From a candidate division FCPU426 bacterium (lineage in GTDB: Bacteria; Oederibacteriota; Muellerivitia; Muellerivitales; Muellerivitaceae), in assembly GCA_963847625.1 (NCBI GenBank), contig CAWKAR010000039.1:96001-160000 (forward strand): a DNA stretch of 64,000 nt, written 5' to 3'. The notes under the pieces were generated by a model. That model was given only the letters and a program-made list of their open reading frames with translations. It searched no databases and was not told the DNA's origin. Within the stretch, counting starts at the first letter, position 1; each line of letters starts with the position of its first letter. Position numbers and translations under genes: made by a program. This document shows, in pieces, positions 47,756-56,711 of the stretch.

Positions 47756-48058
47756 ATGGAGTTTCAAGTGGGAACGGATGAAATCCTTAAATCAAAGCGA
47801 AACGAGATTTTAAGCTTGGCCGCCCGTTACGGGGTCAAGAACCTGCGGGTATTCGGTTCAGTGGCTCGTGGGGAGGCTGGGCCGGACAGTGACGTGGACT
47901 TCCTTGTGGATATGGAATCGGGCCGAAGCTACTTGGATATTGGCGGATTTTTAATGGATATGCAATCACTGTTAGGCCGTAAAGTGGATATTGTCACGGA
48001 ACGGGGTTTGCACCCTTATTTGCGCGAGAGGGTTTTGAAAGAATGCCAAACGGTATGA
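47756..48058 (+). CDS. minimal nucleotidyltransferase (MntA-type antitoxin)
   Basis: VFGSVARGEAGPDSDVDFLV, LLGRKVDIV. Confidence 0.93.
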   Translation: MEFQVGTDEILKSKRNEILSLAARYGVKNLRVFGSVARGEAGPDSDVDFLVDMESGRSYLDIGGFLMDMQSLLGRKVDIVTERGLHPYLRERVLKECQTV

Positions 48059-48363
48059 AAGATGACACGATTTATTTAATCCATATCCGGGAATGCATCG
48101 CGAAGATTGAGGGATATATTAAGGGCGGCCATCAAGAGTTCCTATCAAACCAAATGGTTCAAGACGCGGTTCTTCGCAATCTTCAAGTCATGGCTGAATC
48201 CTGCCAACATTTATCCGAGAAATTAAAATCCGATCATCCTAAAATTGACTGGAATGGGTTGTCGGGTTTTAGGAACGTATTAGTCCATGACTATTTGGGA
48301 GTTGACCTTGAACGCGTATGGCTTCTCCTGGAAAAACACCTTTCGGGATTAAAAAAAATATGA
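48055..48363 (+). CDS. HepT-like (DUF86) HEPN ribonuclease toxin
   Basis: QDAVLRNLQVMAES...GFRNVLVHDY. Confidence 0.92.
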   Translation: MKDDTIYLIHIRECIAKIEGYIKGGHQEFLSNQMVQDAVLRNLQVMAESCQHLSEKLKSDHPKIDWNGLSGFRNVLVHDYLGVDLERVWLLLEKHLSGLKKI

Positions 48364-49265
48364 AACCCAGCTTGTTGGTCATGGCCGCGGGTATGGGAAG
48401 CCGCTACGGCGGCTTGAAGCAACTGGAGTCCGTGGGCCCCAACGGGGCCACGCTCCTGGATTACTCCATCCATGACGCGCTCAAGGCCGGCTTCGGCCGG
48501 GTGGTTTACATCATCCGCAAGGACCTGGAGAAGGACTTCCGCAAGATCGTGGGTTCCAAGTGGGAAAAAACCGTCCCGGTGGACTACGTATTCCAGGAAC
48601 TCTCCCTCCTTCCACCGGGCTTCAAGGTCCCTCCCGGGCGTTCCAAGCCCTGGGGCACGGGCCACGCCATCTGGACCGCCAAGGACGCCCTGAAGGAGCC
48701 CTTCGCCGCACTGAACGCCGACGATTATTACGGCCCCAAATCCTTAAAGATGCTAGCGGATTTCCTATCCACCCTATCCGATTCCCGCGAAAATCAATTT
48801 GCCATGGTAGGTTTCCGGCTGAACCAGACCCTCTCGGAATTCGGACCGGTGGCGAGGGGGGTCTGCGAAGTGAGTCCCGACGGCTATTTGAAACGGGTGG
48901 TGGAGCGCCTCAAGATCCAAAGGGAAGGGCAGGGCATCCGATACCTGGAGGAAAACGGGACACCGGGCCCGCTTCAGGGAACGGAAACCGTCTCGATGAA
49001 CCTCTGGGGATTCACCCCGGCTTTGTTCCTCTCCCTGGAAAAAGGCCTGACCGCCTTTCTATTGGTAAGGGGCGGGGAGGAAAAATCCGAGTACCTCATC
49101 CCCCGGGAGGTGGACTCCCTCCTGCAATCGGGCCAGGCCCGAGTGAAGGTGCTTCCCACGGAGGATCCCTGGTTCGGCATGACTTATCCCGAGGACCTTT
49201 CCGCAGTCAAGAACAGGATCAAGAACATGGTGGCCCAAGGGGTCTATCCGGAAAAACTTTGGTAA
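48360..49265 (+). CDS. sugar-phosphate nucleotidyltransferase family protein
   Basis: MAAGMGSRYGGLKQ, KPWGTGHA, NADDYYG, WFGMTY. Confidence 0.9.
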   Translation: MKPSLLVMAAGMGSRYGGLKQLESVGPNGATLLDYSIHDALKAGFGRVVYIIRKDLEKDFRKIVGSKWEKTVPVDYVFQELSLLPPGFKVPPGRSKPWGTGHAIWTAKDALKEPFAALNADDYYGPKSLKMLADFLSTLSDSRENQFAMVGFRLNQTLSEFGPVARGVCEVSPDGYLKRVVERLKIQREGQGIRYLEENGTPGPLQGTETVSMNLWGFTPALFLSLEKGLTAFLLVRGGEEKSEYLIPREVDSLLQSGQARVKVLPTEDPWFGMTYPEDLSAVKNRIKNMVAQGVYPEKLW

Positions 49266-49342
49266 AGCGCGGCCCCATCCCTCAAAATTTCCTGGCCGCT
49301 TTCAAAACTTCTATCTAGACACATCCCTACAAAAATAATACC

Positions 49343-49514
49343 TAGCCACGGATGTGCCGATCATCTAAAAAAATATAAGAGAGATCGGTACGATACCAGC
49401 CTCCATATCAGCTTTATGGAAGGCTGGCATGCATGGGATATATGGGATGTAAAAACACAAGTTTAAGGTTTTTTTCTATAGTCTATCCAAGTGCATCCCC
49501 TGAATCCGTGGCTA
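49343..49514. repeat. inverted-repeat-bounded intergenic element containing two-hairpin repeat copy 2 (49353-49432)
   Basis: TAGCCACGGAT (49343-49353) and ATCCGTGGCTA (49504-49514) are perfect inverted repeats. Confidence 0.7.
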
Positions 49515-49799
49515 AGAACTTGGTTTTGCTTAACGTCTAATAGACTTAGGATTTTCTGATTTTATTTATCTTTGTTTCTTGGTTTTGTTTTATTTGGACA
49601 ACTATGATCTAAGCATGAAAGCCCTACCAATCCCGAGAATGGTCGGAAAAGCGGTTTCAGTTTTTTGAAACAAACTGGAAACTTTCTTGGAGGTTTCAAA
49701 AATTCATCACGTAAAATAAAAATTTCATGTGCTTGGAATTGCGCGAGGCTGTAAAGTATGGGGCAGTTTCGCCATTTAAACACTTTGGAAAAGGTCATC

Positions 49800-51254
49800 A
49801 TGCCCCGCTGGACTACGATAAAATCCCCCGCCTTCAAGGTCTCCCTCGGACCCGCCTCCTGCTCCTTGGACTTGGGGGACGGAAGCGAGCGCGGCGAGTA
49901 CGTGGACCAGGACCATATCCTCACCGTCCTGGGCCGTCCCCACCGCTGCGTCAACCTCATGTACTGTTATTACCCCTACGACAAAGGCTGGCCCAAGCGC
50001 GCTTCGGAGGCCCATCCGCGGAAAACGGACCATGCCTGGTCTTTCCCTTACGACGATTATTTTCCCTTCACAGGCGGGCCGAAGGGGGACACTCACGGGA
50101 AAGTCTTCAGCCAAATGCGGGATATCCGGCGGCACGGCCAGGACGTGACCCTGACCCTCACCATGGATTGCGCCGTGACCGACGACCATATCCGCGTCAT
50201 CGCCAGGCAGTTAAGGCCCTTCGGCCGCCTGCGTCTTCGCCTCAACCACGAGTGCGACGGATTCTGGTTTTCCTTCAACCGCCGCTATTCCTACGAGGAA
50301 GTGGGGAAGTTTTTCGTTCGCTTCGCGAAGGCCTTCAAGAAGGAGGCTCCCGAGACCCTTCTCATGTGCTGTTGGGGACACGTGGAGGACCTTAAAAAGG
50401 GCCTGTTAAAGTGCGAGAAGGAACTCTCGCCGCTCCTTTACGCCGCCGACGTCTGGAGCGCGGACCAGTACGCCACCCTGGATTACGGTTACCCCTGCAA
50501 GCCCTGCGACCCGGAGAATATGGACAAGACCTACCGGCTCAACGGGGTGGATAACGTTTGGCGGCAGATCACGGGCATCCACCGGCGTTTTGTCGAATTG
50601 ACGGGCCTGGACAAGGGATTGGAGATCGGGGAATTCAACGCCGATGGAAACGTGGGGGGAGAGGCCCTCCAAGTGAGGCTCACCGAGGCTTTTTACCGGC
50701 GCGTGCTCAGGGAAAAACCCGACTTCCTCAAGGCCATCACTTATTACCAGTTCCGGGACCGGGCCCGGTTGGGCCTGGAACGGCAGGACCCGAACAATCC
50801 AGCCAATGCCTTACCGGCCATGTTCCTGCCTGTTTACCAGAAACTGCTCCGGGAACCCTATTTCCAACCGGGAGAAACTTGGACCCGGGTGCGGGGACCG
50901 CTCAAGATGGAATGGCGCGCCTCGGACGACTCGGACGGATTGGGTTGGAAAATCCCCCTGAAGGCCAAGCCCATCTTCCTGGAATTGTTGTTGGATCAGG
51001 AAGCCAACCTCATGGTGCGGGCCGGGAACAGGTGGGTTTACAAGAAGCCCGGCGTGGAAAGCGTAGACTTGACGGCCGCCGCGGCTGAGTGGGGAAGATT
51101 GAAACCCTTCCCGGTGGTCGTCTTCGCGCCGCCCGCCGACGGCACAAACCCCGGCGGGGCTTCTTCTGTCAAGGCCAAACTCAAAAAGCCCCCCCAACTG
51201 AGACTTCTATACCAGTGGAAATTACCGGGCGGAAAGAAATCATCGCCGACGTAA
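49800..51254 (+). CDS. GH26-like glycoside hydrolase, no signal peptide
   Basis: LRLNHECDGFWF acid/base-like motif, SADQY, IGEFN nucleophile-like motif. Confidence 0.6.
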   Translation: MPRWTTIKSPAFKVSLGPASCSLDLGDGSERGEYVDQDHILTVLGRPHRCVNLMYCYYPYDKGWPKRASEAHPRKTDHAWSFPYDDYFPFTGGPKGDTHGKVFSQMRDIRRHGQDVTLTLTMDCAVTDDHIRVIARQLRPFGRLRLRLNHECDGFWFSFNRRYSYEEVGKFFVRFAKAFKKEAPETLLMCCWGHVEDLKKGLLKCEKELSPLLYAADVWSADQYATLDYGYPCKPCDPENMDKTYRLNGVDNVWRQITGIHRRFVELTGLDKGLEIGEFNADGNVGGEALQVRLTEAFYRRVLREKPDFLKAITYYQFRDRARLGLERQDPNNPANALPAMFLPVYQKLLREPYFQPGETWTRVRGPLKMEWRASDDSDGLGWKIPLKAKPIFLELLLDQEANLMVRAGNRWVYKKPGVESVDLTAAAAEWGRLKPFPVVVFAPPADGTNPGGASSVKAKLKKPPQLRLLYQWKLPGGKKSSPT

Positions 51255-51260
51255 CACTTT

Positions 51261-52598
51261 TTAACCCCACCTTGCGCCATCGGAACTGCCGAGCGCGAGG
51301 AAGCCACCACCCTGGACTACGCTGGCCGCGATGCGGCGCGCGGCATCCAACCCTTTCTTTCCCTCCGCCAGCAGGCATACGGTCCCGCCCGATCCGCCGC
51401 CGGTGATCTTGGCCCCGTAAATTCCCTGGCCGGGCCCGGCTTTCCGGGCCGCCTCCACGATGGCGTCAGTGACGGGTTCCCCCAATCCGCAAGTCCCATA
51501 GCTGGAATGGGACCGGTACATGAGTTCCCCCATCCGGGTCAAAATATTCCGCCGTTTGCCCCTGTCCTTGGTCCGGGAAAGGGATAAAAGAAGTTCTTTG
51601 AATTGTTCAACCCGGAAATTCTCATGGACCGGGTGCCTGGAACAGGCCAGGACCCGGTAATCCGTTCCCGCCTTCACCTGGGTGGACTGGTCGATCGAGA
51701 CGGCTTTGCCCAGGAAATTCCGGCCCCTCATCTTTTCCGGAAGAATTCGGGCGAAGCGGCTTTCGAATTGGGAGGGCGTCACCGCGGCCAGGTAGCCGTT
51801 AAAAGGCAGGCGCGAAGCGTCACCCGTCTCTTGGGCCCGCCTCAAGCTGGACAGCGTTGCCCCTTCCCGCAGGGCGATGAGGCTGTAGCCCATGAAAGCC
51901 GCCGCTCTCACGTCCGAGTAGGACGCCCCTCCCACCCAATGGCGTATGCCCGAATCCACACCGACGAAATGGATTCCCTTCGGGACAGGCACGGGCCTTA
52001 AAACCTGGTCCGGGCGGCAGAGGATGGGAAGAAGCCCGCCTTTTTTTCCCAGATAGCAGGTCAACTGGTCCATGAGCCCGCAAGGCGCGCCCACCACTTC
52101 GTTCTCCACCCTCTGGCAGAGGCGGGGAAGCTCGGTGTCACCCAGCTTCAAGCTGAAAAGTTTTCCCAGGACGGCCATGACGGCTACTTCCACCGCGGCG
52201 GATGAGGAAAGCCCCTTGGCCCAGGGTACGCCGGATTGGAGGAAGAGGTTCGCCCCGCAAGGGGGTATTTTCTTTTCCGATAAGAGCAGGGTGACGCAGC
52301 CCAGGACATAAGCGGCCCAGGAAGCCTTGGGGTTTTGGGGGAAAAAGCGGCGGGCCCGGGAGATGTCCGAGAGATCCGGGGTCTGGACCTCCACGAGGGG
52401 TTGCAAGAGGGTCCTTTCGGCCTCCTGGCTGTAGGCGCGCCAAAGGCCGTCCTGGCGGGCGGTAGCCCGAACCACGGCCCTTTCCCGGATAGGCATTTCC
52501 AACACGAGGGAACCGGAATAATCGGCGATGCCTCCCATCACGTCCAATCGTCCAGGGGCGGAGGCCCGTACGATCCGGGTATCCTGCTTTTTTTTCAT
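51261..52598 (-). CDS. GHMP sugar kinase, L-arabinokinase-like
   Basis: APGRLDVMGGIADYSGSLVL, KGLSSSAAVEVA, GAKITGGGSGGTVC. Confidence 0.85.
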   Translation of the reverse strand: MKKKQDTRIVRASAPGRLDVMGGIADYSGSLVLEMPIRERAVVRATARQDGLWRAYSQEAERTLLQPLVEVQTPDLSDISRARRFFPQNPKASWAAYVLGCVTLLLSEKKIPPCGANLFLQSGVPWAKGLSSSAAVEVAVMAVLGKLFSLKLGDTELPRLCQRVENEVVGAPCGLMDQLTCYLGKKGGLLPILCRPDQVLRPVPVPKGIHFVGVDSGIRHWVGGASYSDVRAAAFMGYSLIALREGATLSSLRRAQETGDASRLPFNGYLAAVTPSQFESRFARILPEKMRGRNFLGKAVSIDQSTQVKAGTDYRVLACSRHPVHENFRVEQFKELLLSLSRTKDRGKRRNILTRMGELMYRSHSSYGTCGLGEPVTDAIVEAARKAGPGQGIYGAKITGGGSGGTVCLLAEGKKGLDAARRIAASVVQGGGFLALGSSDGARWG

Positions 52599-53641
52599 GG
52601 GATTTCCCGGAAGGCGGAAAGATCCAACGCCCTCAGTTGCGCGGCTTTTTCCTCCGGCAGGGTATCCACCATGAAGTTTCCCCCGCCGATTTCAGGCCCC
52701 GCCGGGAACTTCTGGATTCCCGGCTGGCGCAGGGGCGGCAGGAGCACGAGGTGGAGGTGGTAATCGGGGACAGGCTCCCGCAGGGGCGCCTGGTACAGGC
52801 TCATCACGTAGGGGAAGGGCATATTGTAAAGAAGGTCGAAACGGCGGGTGACCTGCTGGAAAACGCCGCACAAGTCCCCCAGTTCCCGGTCGGAAAGTGA
52901 GGAAAGGACGGCGTGGCGTTTCTTGGGAAAAATCCAGGTCTCGAAGGGCCAGCGCGCGAAAAAGGGGATGAAGGCCACAGCGCCGCCGTTCTCGGCCACA
53001 ACGCGGCTGCCGCCGGAGCTTTCGGCTTCCAGCACCCGCTCGAAAAGGTTTTGGCCCTTCTCCTTTTTAAACTCCGAAAGGGCCTCCAATTCCTGCTCGA
53101 CGTGCTTGAAGGTGAAGGAAGTGGCGTAAAGCTGGCAGTGGGGATGGGGGTTGGAGGTGCCAACGATGGCGCCCTTGTTCTCGAAGAATAGCGCGAACCA
53201 AATCCGGGGATTTTGGGCCAGTCCCTTGGTTTGTTCCCTCCAGGCCTGGAAGACTTTCACGGCCTTTTGGGGCGGGATGTCGGTCAAGCTCACGTTGTGG
53301 CGGGGATCGTAGCAAATCACCCGGGCCAGGCCTTCCGCCCTGGATTTTTTATAAAGGCCCTGGATGAGTTCCCGGGGAACCTCCGGGGCGTCCGGCCCCA
53401 CCACCGGAAGGTCGTTGTCGAAAATGAAAATGTCTTTGTAGCCGGGGTTGGTATCGCCGTGGACGCGCTTATTGCCGGGACAAAGGTAGCATTGGGGGTC
53501 ATAGGCGGGAGAGGGAGCCGTGTGAGGTTCCCGCTTGCCGTCCCAGGGCCGGTCGCTTCGGTGGGCGGAGTAAACCACCCATTCCCGGCGGAAGGGGTGC
53601 CAGCGTTGTTCCCATTTTCCTTGAAAGCCGGGTCCGGCCAT
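52595..53641 (-). CDS. galT: galactose-1-phosphate uridylyltransferase
   Basis: CYLCPGNKR, FENKG..VGTSNPHPHCQ. Confidence 0.93.
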   Translation of the reverse strand: MAGPGFQGKWEQRWHPFRREWVVYSAHRSDRPWDGKREPHTAPSPAYDPQCYLCPGNKRVHGDTNPGYKDIFIFDNDLPVVGPDAPEVPRELIQGLYKKSRAEGLARVICYDPRHNVSLTDIPPQKAVKVFQAWREQTKGLAQNPRIWFALFFENKGAIVGTSNPHPHCQLYATSFTFKHVEQELEALSEFKKEKGQNLFERVLEAESSGGSRVVAENGGAVAFIPFFARWPFETWIFPKKRHAVLSSLSDRELGDLCGVFQQVTRRFDLLYNMPFPYVMSLYQAPLREPVPDYHLHLVLLPPLRQPGIQKFPAGPEIGGGNFMVDTLPEEKAAQLRALDLSAFREIP

Positions 53642-53650
53642 GGTCTCCCT

Positions 53651-55969
53651 TTAAGTTCCTTTAATCGTCCATTTCACCTTGGGCAGGCGGGAGGGGTCCA
53701 GGATTTTCCAGGAGGAACCCACCTTCTCCAGGACCAGTTCCCTCAGGACCTTGTCCTTGGGGAGGCACAACAGGCCCGCGGCGCGGGGGGTGTTTCCATA
53801 CACGCCCAGCTCGATGCGGGACCAGTCCATCTTCGCGGTGGTCTGGGCCAGTTTCAAGCGGGGCAGGACCGAGCCCTCTCTCACCAGGATGACGCAGGGG
53901 ATGGGGGATGGCTTGATGCGGTGCCATTGCCCGCCACGGTAGGATTTCCGGGTCTGGTAATCCACCCAGTTTCCAGGCGGCAGGTACACTTCGCGCTCGG
54001 AAACTTCCTCGAAAAGCGGCGCCACCAGGATTTGGGAACCAAACAAGTACTCGTCTTCGATGAGCCAGGACGCGGGGTCCGCCGGGAATTCGAAAAAGAG
54101 GGGCCGCAGCATGGGGAAACCCTTCCGGGAGCAGTCGTGCGCCTGGGCGTAAACGTAGGGCATGAGGCGGTATTTCATCTCCACGGAAAGCCGGAACTCA
54201 TCCTCGAAATTCTTGCCGTAAACCCAGGGCTCCCGGGGCGGAACGCCGTGGCACCGGCTGTGGGAAGTCAAGAGGCCGAAAGGAGTCCAGCGCCGGTAAA
54301 GCTCCCTGGGCGCCTTATGCACGAACCCGCCGATGTCGTGGCTCCAGAAGGAAAAACCGCATAGGCCAAAGGACAGCCCGCCCCTCAGGGTCGCGGCCAT
54401 GCCGCCGTAGGAATCCTCCGCGTCGCCGCCCCAGTGAAGGGGGTAGCGCTGGCTCCCGGCCCAGGCGCTCCGCGCCCAGATGATGTTCCCGCCCGTCACG
54501 TCCTTCGTGATATCGGCTGCGGCCTTGTTGTACCGCAGGGGATAGAGATTGTGCTCCATGAAGCCGGTCTTGCCCGAGTGGTACACCCCCTTGAGGGGGG
54601 CCGCCTCGCCGAAGTCCACCTTGATGGCGCCCACGCCCATGCGCAGGAGCACGGCCAGGTTTTTTTGGTACCACTTCACGGCCCGGGGATTGCTGAAATC
54701 CAGCGTGGCGTCGTCGGTGGGCAGGCCGCTCCGGCCGTCGGTGACGGCCAGGCGGTTTTGGATGATCTCGTTGAACAGCCGGTTGTTGGGGGTGAAGTAG
54801 GGAAGCTGCCAAAGGCTGACCTTGAATCCCTGCTTTTCCAGGTCCTTGAGCATCCTGAGCGGGTCCTTGAAGCGGCTGGTGGAAAAGCGGTAGTCGCATC
54901 GCCAGTCCTCCTCGAACCAGCCCGTGTCCAGGTGGATGACGTCGGAGGGGATCCTGTGCTTCCGGAGGTTCTTCGCCACCTCGCGGGTTTCCCGCTCGGA
55001 CTTGTAGGTGCAGCGGCTCATCCACAACCCGAAGCTCCAGAGGGGCGGCACGGGACTGCGGCCGGTCAAGGCGGTGTATTCGGACAGGACCTCCTTGGGG
55101 CCGCCCAGGAAAAAGAAGAGGTCCAACTCCTCGTCCCCGGTGAAGAGCGTGGTGGCCTCGCCGTAGGAATGGCCGAAATCGAAGGTGGAGGGCGCGGTGG
55201 TGTGCAGGAACATGCCGTAGCCCCGGTCGCTCAGGAAGAAAGGCACCGGTTTGTACATGCCGTCGTGCTGGACACCATGGCAGTCGTAGGCCCAGAGTAC
55301 CACCTTCTGGCCGCGCTTGTTGAGGCGCGTGAAGGATTCCCCGCAGCCGTAGATTTTCTCGCCGTTCGCCAGGGAAAAGGAGGCCGCGAACTGGCGGGAA
55401 TATTCCGGCGTGGGCCGCATGAAGCAAAAGGGTAGGGGATCGGTGTTGCGCAGGCTGCGGCAATCTTTCAAGTGAAGGGTCTTGGTGAGCAGTTTCCCGG
55501 AAGCGTCGCGGAATTCCAGGGCCCAGGGGTCCTGAACCACGGTGACGGACCCGGCGGGGCCGATGTAGGTCACGCGACCCTGGGACTTTTCCACCTTCCA
55601 GGGTTTCAGGGCCCGGGGCTCCTGGGCCAGCATCAGGGAGGTTTCCTTGCGGCGGGGGTATTTGCGGGGCCTGAATCTCAGGCGGAGGGTTCTGTCCCCG
55701 TAAAAGGAGATGGAGAAGGGATAGGGTTCCTGTTCGTCCCCGTACTCGGCGGGAAACTCCCAGGGCGGGTTGGAAATCAAATTGAGGCCTTCCTGGTTGA
55801 AGGCCACCCGGACCTTGTAGGCGTAACGCCCCCAGAGGATGTCGCCTTTCGCCTTGGCCGCGTCGAAGGAACCCAGCTTCACCGGCAGGAACATGGTGTT
55901 TTCCAGGTTCGAGAAGGAACGGCTCACATCCACGGGGTGGTTCAAAAGGGTGTAAGGATGCTCTTTCAT
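53651..55969 (-). CDS. GH31 alpha-xylosidase (YicI-like)
   Basis: YKPVPFF, IHLDTGWF, KVDFGE nucleophile, HWGGD, WSHDIGGF, SHSRCHG. Confidence 0.92.
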   Translation of the reverse strand: MKEHPYTLLNHPVDVSRSFSNLENTMFLPVKLGSFDAAKAKGDILWGRYAYKVRVAFNQEGLNLISNPPWEFPAEYGDEQEPYPFSISFYGDRTLRLRFRPRKYPRRKETSLMLAQEPRALKPWKVEKSQGRVTYIGPAGSVTVVQDPWALEFRDASGKLLTKTLHLKDCRSLRNTDPLPFCFMRPTPEYSRQFAASFSLANGEKIYGCGESFTRLNKRGQKVVLWAYDCHGVQHDGMYKPVPFFLSDRGYGMFLHTTAPSTFDFGHSYGEATTLFTGDEELDLFFFLGGPKEVLSEYTALTGRSPVPPLWSFGLWMSRCTYKSERETREVAKNLRKHRIPSDVIHLDTGWFEEDWRCDYRFSTSRFKDPLRMLKDLEKQGFKVSLWQLPYFTPNNRLFNEIIQNRLAVTDGRSGLPTDDATLDFSNPRAVKWYQKNLAVLLRMGVGAIKVDFGEAAPLKGVYHSGKTGFMEHNLYPLRYNKAAADITKDVTGGNIIWARSAWAGSQRYPLHWGGDAEDSYGGMAATLRGGLSFGLCGFSFWSHDIGGFVHKAPRELYRRWTPFGLLTSHSRCHGVPPREPWVYGKNFEDEFRLSVEMKYRLMPYVYAQAHDCSRKGFPMLRPLFFEFPADPASWLIEDEYLFGSQILVAPLFEEVSEREVYLPPGNWVDYQTRKSYRGGQWHRIKPSPIPCVILVREGSVLPRLKLAQTTAKMDWSRIELGVYGNTPRAAGLLCLPKDKVLRELVLEKVGSSWKILDPSRLPKVKWTIKGT

Positions 55970-56104
55970 TCCGAGACCTCCAGGGGGTAAATGAATTAGG
56001 TAAAGAATCTACAACCTGGGGGCCGGACCTGCCAGGGAAAATTAGCGCCTTTTTGGGAATCAGGGGACGGAAACAAGGAAATTAAGCGACAACCAATCAG
56101 GACC

Positions 56105-56533
56105 TTATGGAAAAGTTTGGGAGACGGTGAAGACATAGGGAGGACTCAGGTTGGTCAGGGCAGCGCTGGTGACGGCTCTCGCCCCGATCGTGTAGTTGAA
56201 GGTGAGCGGTCCGCCGGCGGGATCGAATGTGGCTGACATACTTCCGATGGAACCGGGATAAACGGACATTCCGGTGGAGGTCACGCTGGCCACGCTCGCG
56301 CCCGAGAAAGTAACGGACATCGTGGCGCCGTTGTAGGTATTGGTGGCTACGCCGGTGACCGAGCCGGCGCCAGGGAGGGTGAAGGTGATAATGACCTGTT
56401 CAGCACGCTGCTGAATGGGGGACCCGGGCCCGTTGCCGCAACCGTTCAGGAAAAGGAAGGGGATCAGGCCGATGGAGGCCCCCAGCACGACGACGAATGT
56501 AGACACCAACAAACGGCCGAACCGGTTCCCCAT
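56105..56533 (-). CDS. putative lipoprotein
   Basis: AGGAGG RBS; hydrophobic N-terminus ending LNG-C. Confidence 0.7.
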   Translation of the reverse strand: MGNRFGRLLVSTFVVVLGASIGLIPFLFLNGCGNGPGSPIQQRAEQVIITFTLPGAGSVTGVATNTYNGATMSVTFSGASVASVTSTGMSVYPGSIGSMSATFDPAGGPLTFNYTIGARAVTSAALTNLSPPYVFTVSQTFP

Positions 56534-56711
56534 GATATTCCTCCTGAAATTCGCCGGCCCCAGGAAGGAGAGGGTCTCACCGATCCGCGGGTTCCTGGAG
56601 GGGCCGAAACGATTCATGTATTTTACCCGAAGCCTTACCCTAATTCCACCCCGGGAAAACCAGCAGGTTGTGACCCCCAACCACCGTCAGGAATTGCCGG
56701 AATAAAGGAAA

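Noticed and set aside
56540..56640. riboswitch upstream of the small lipoprotein gene
   Set aside because: A hairpin is possible, but no recognisable aptamer consensus
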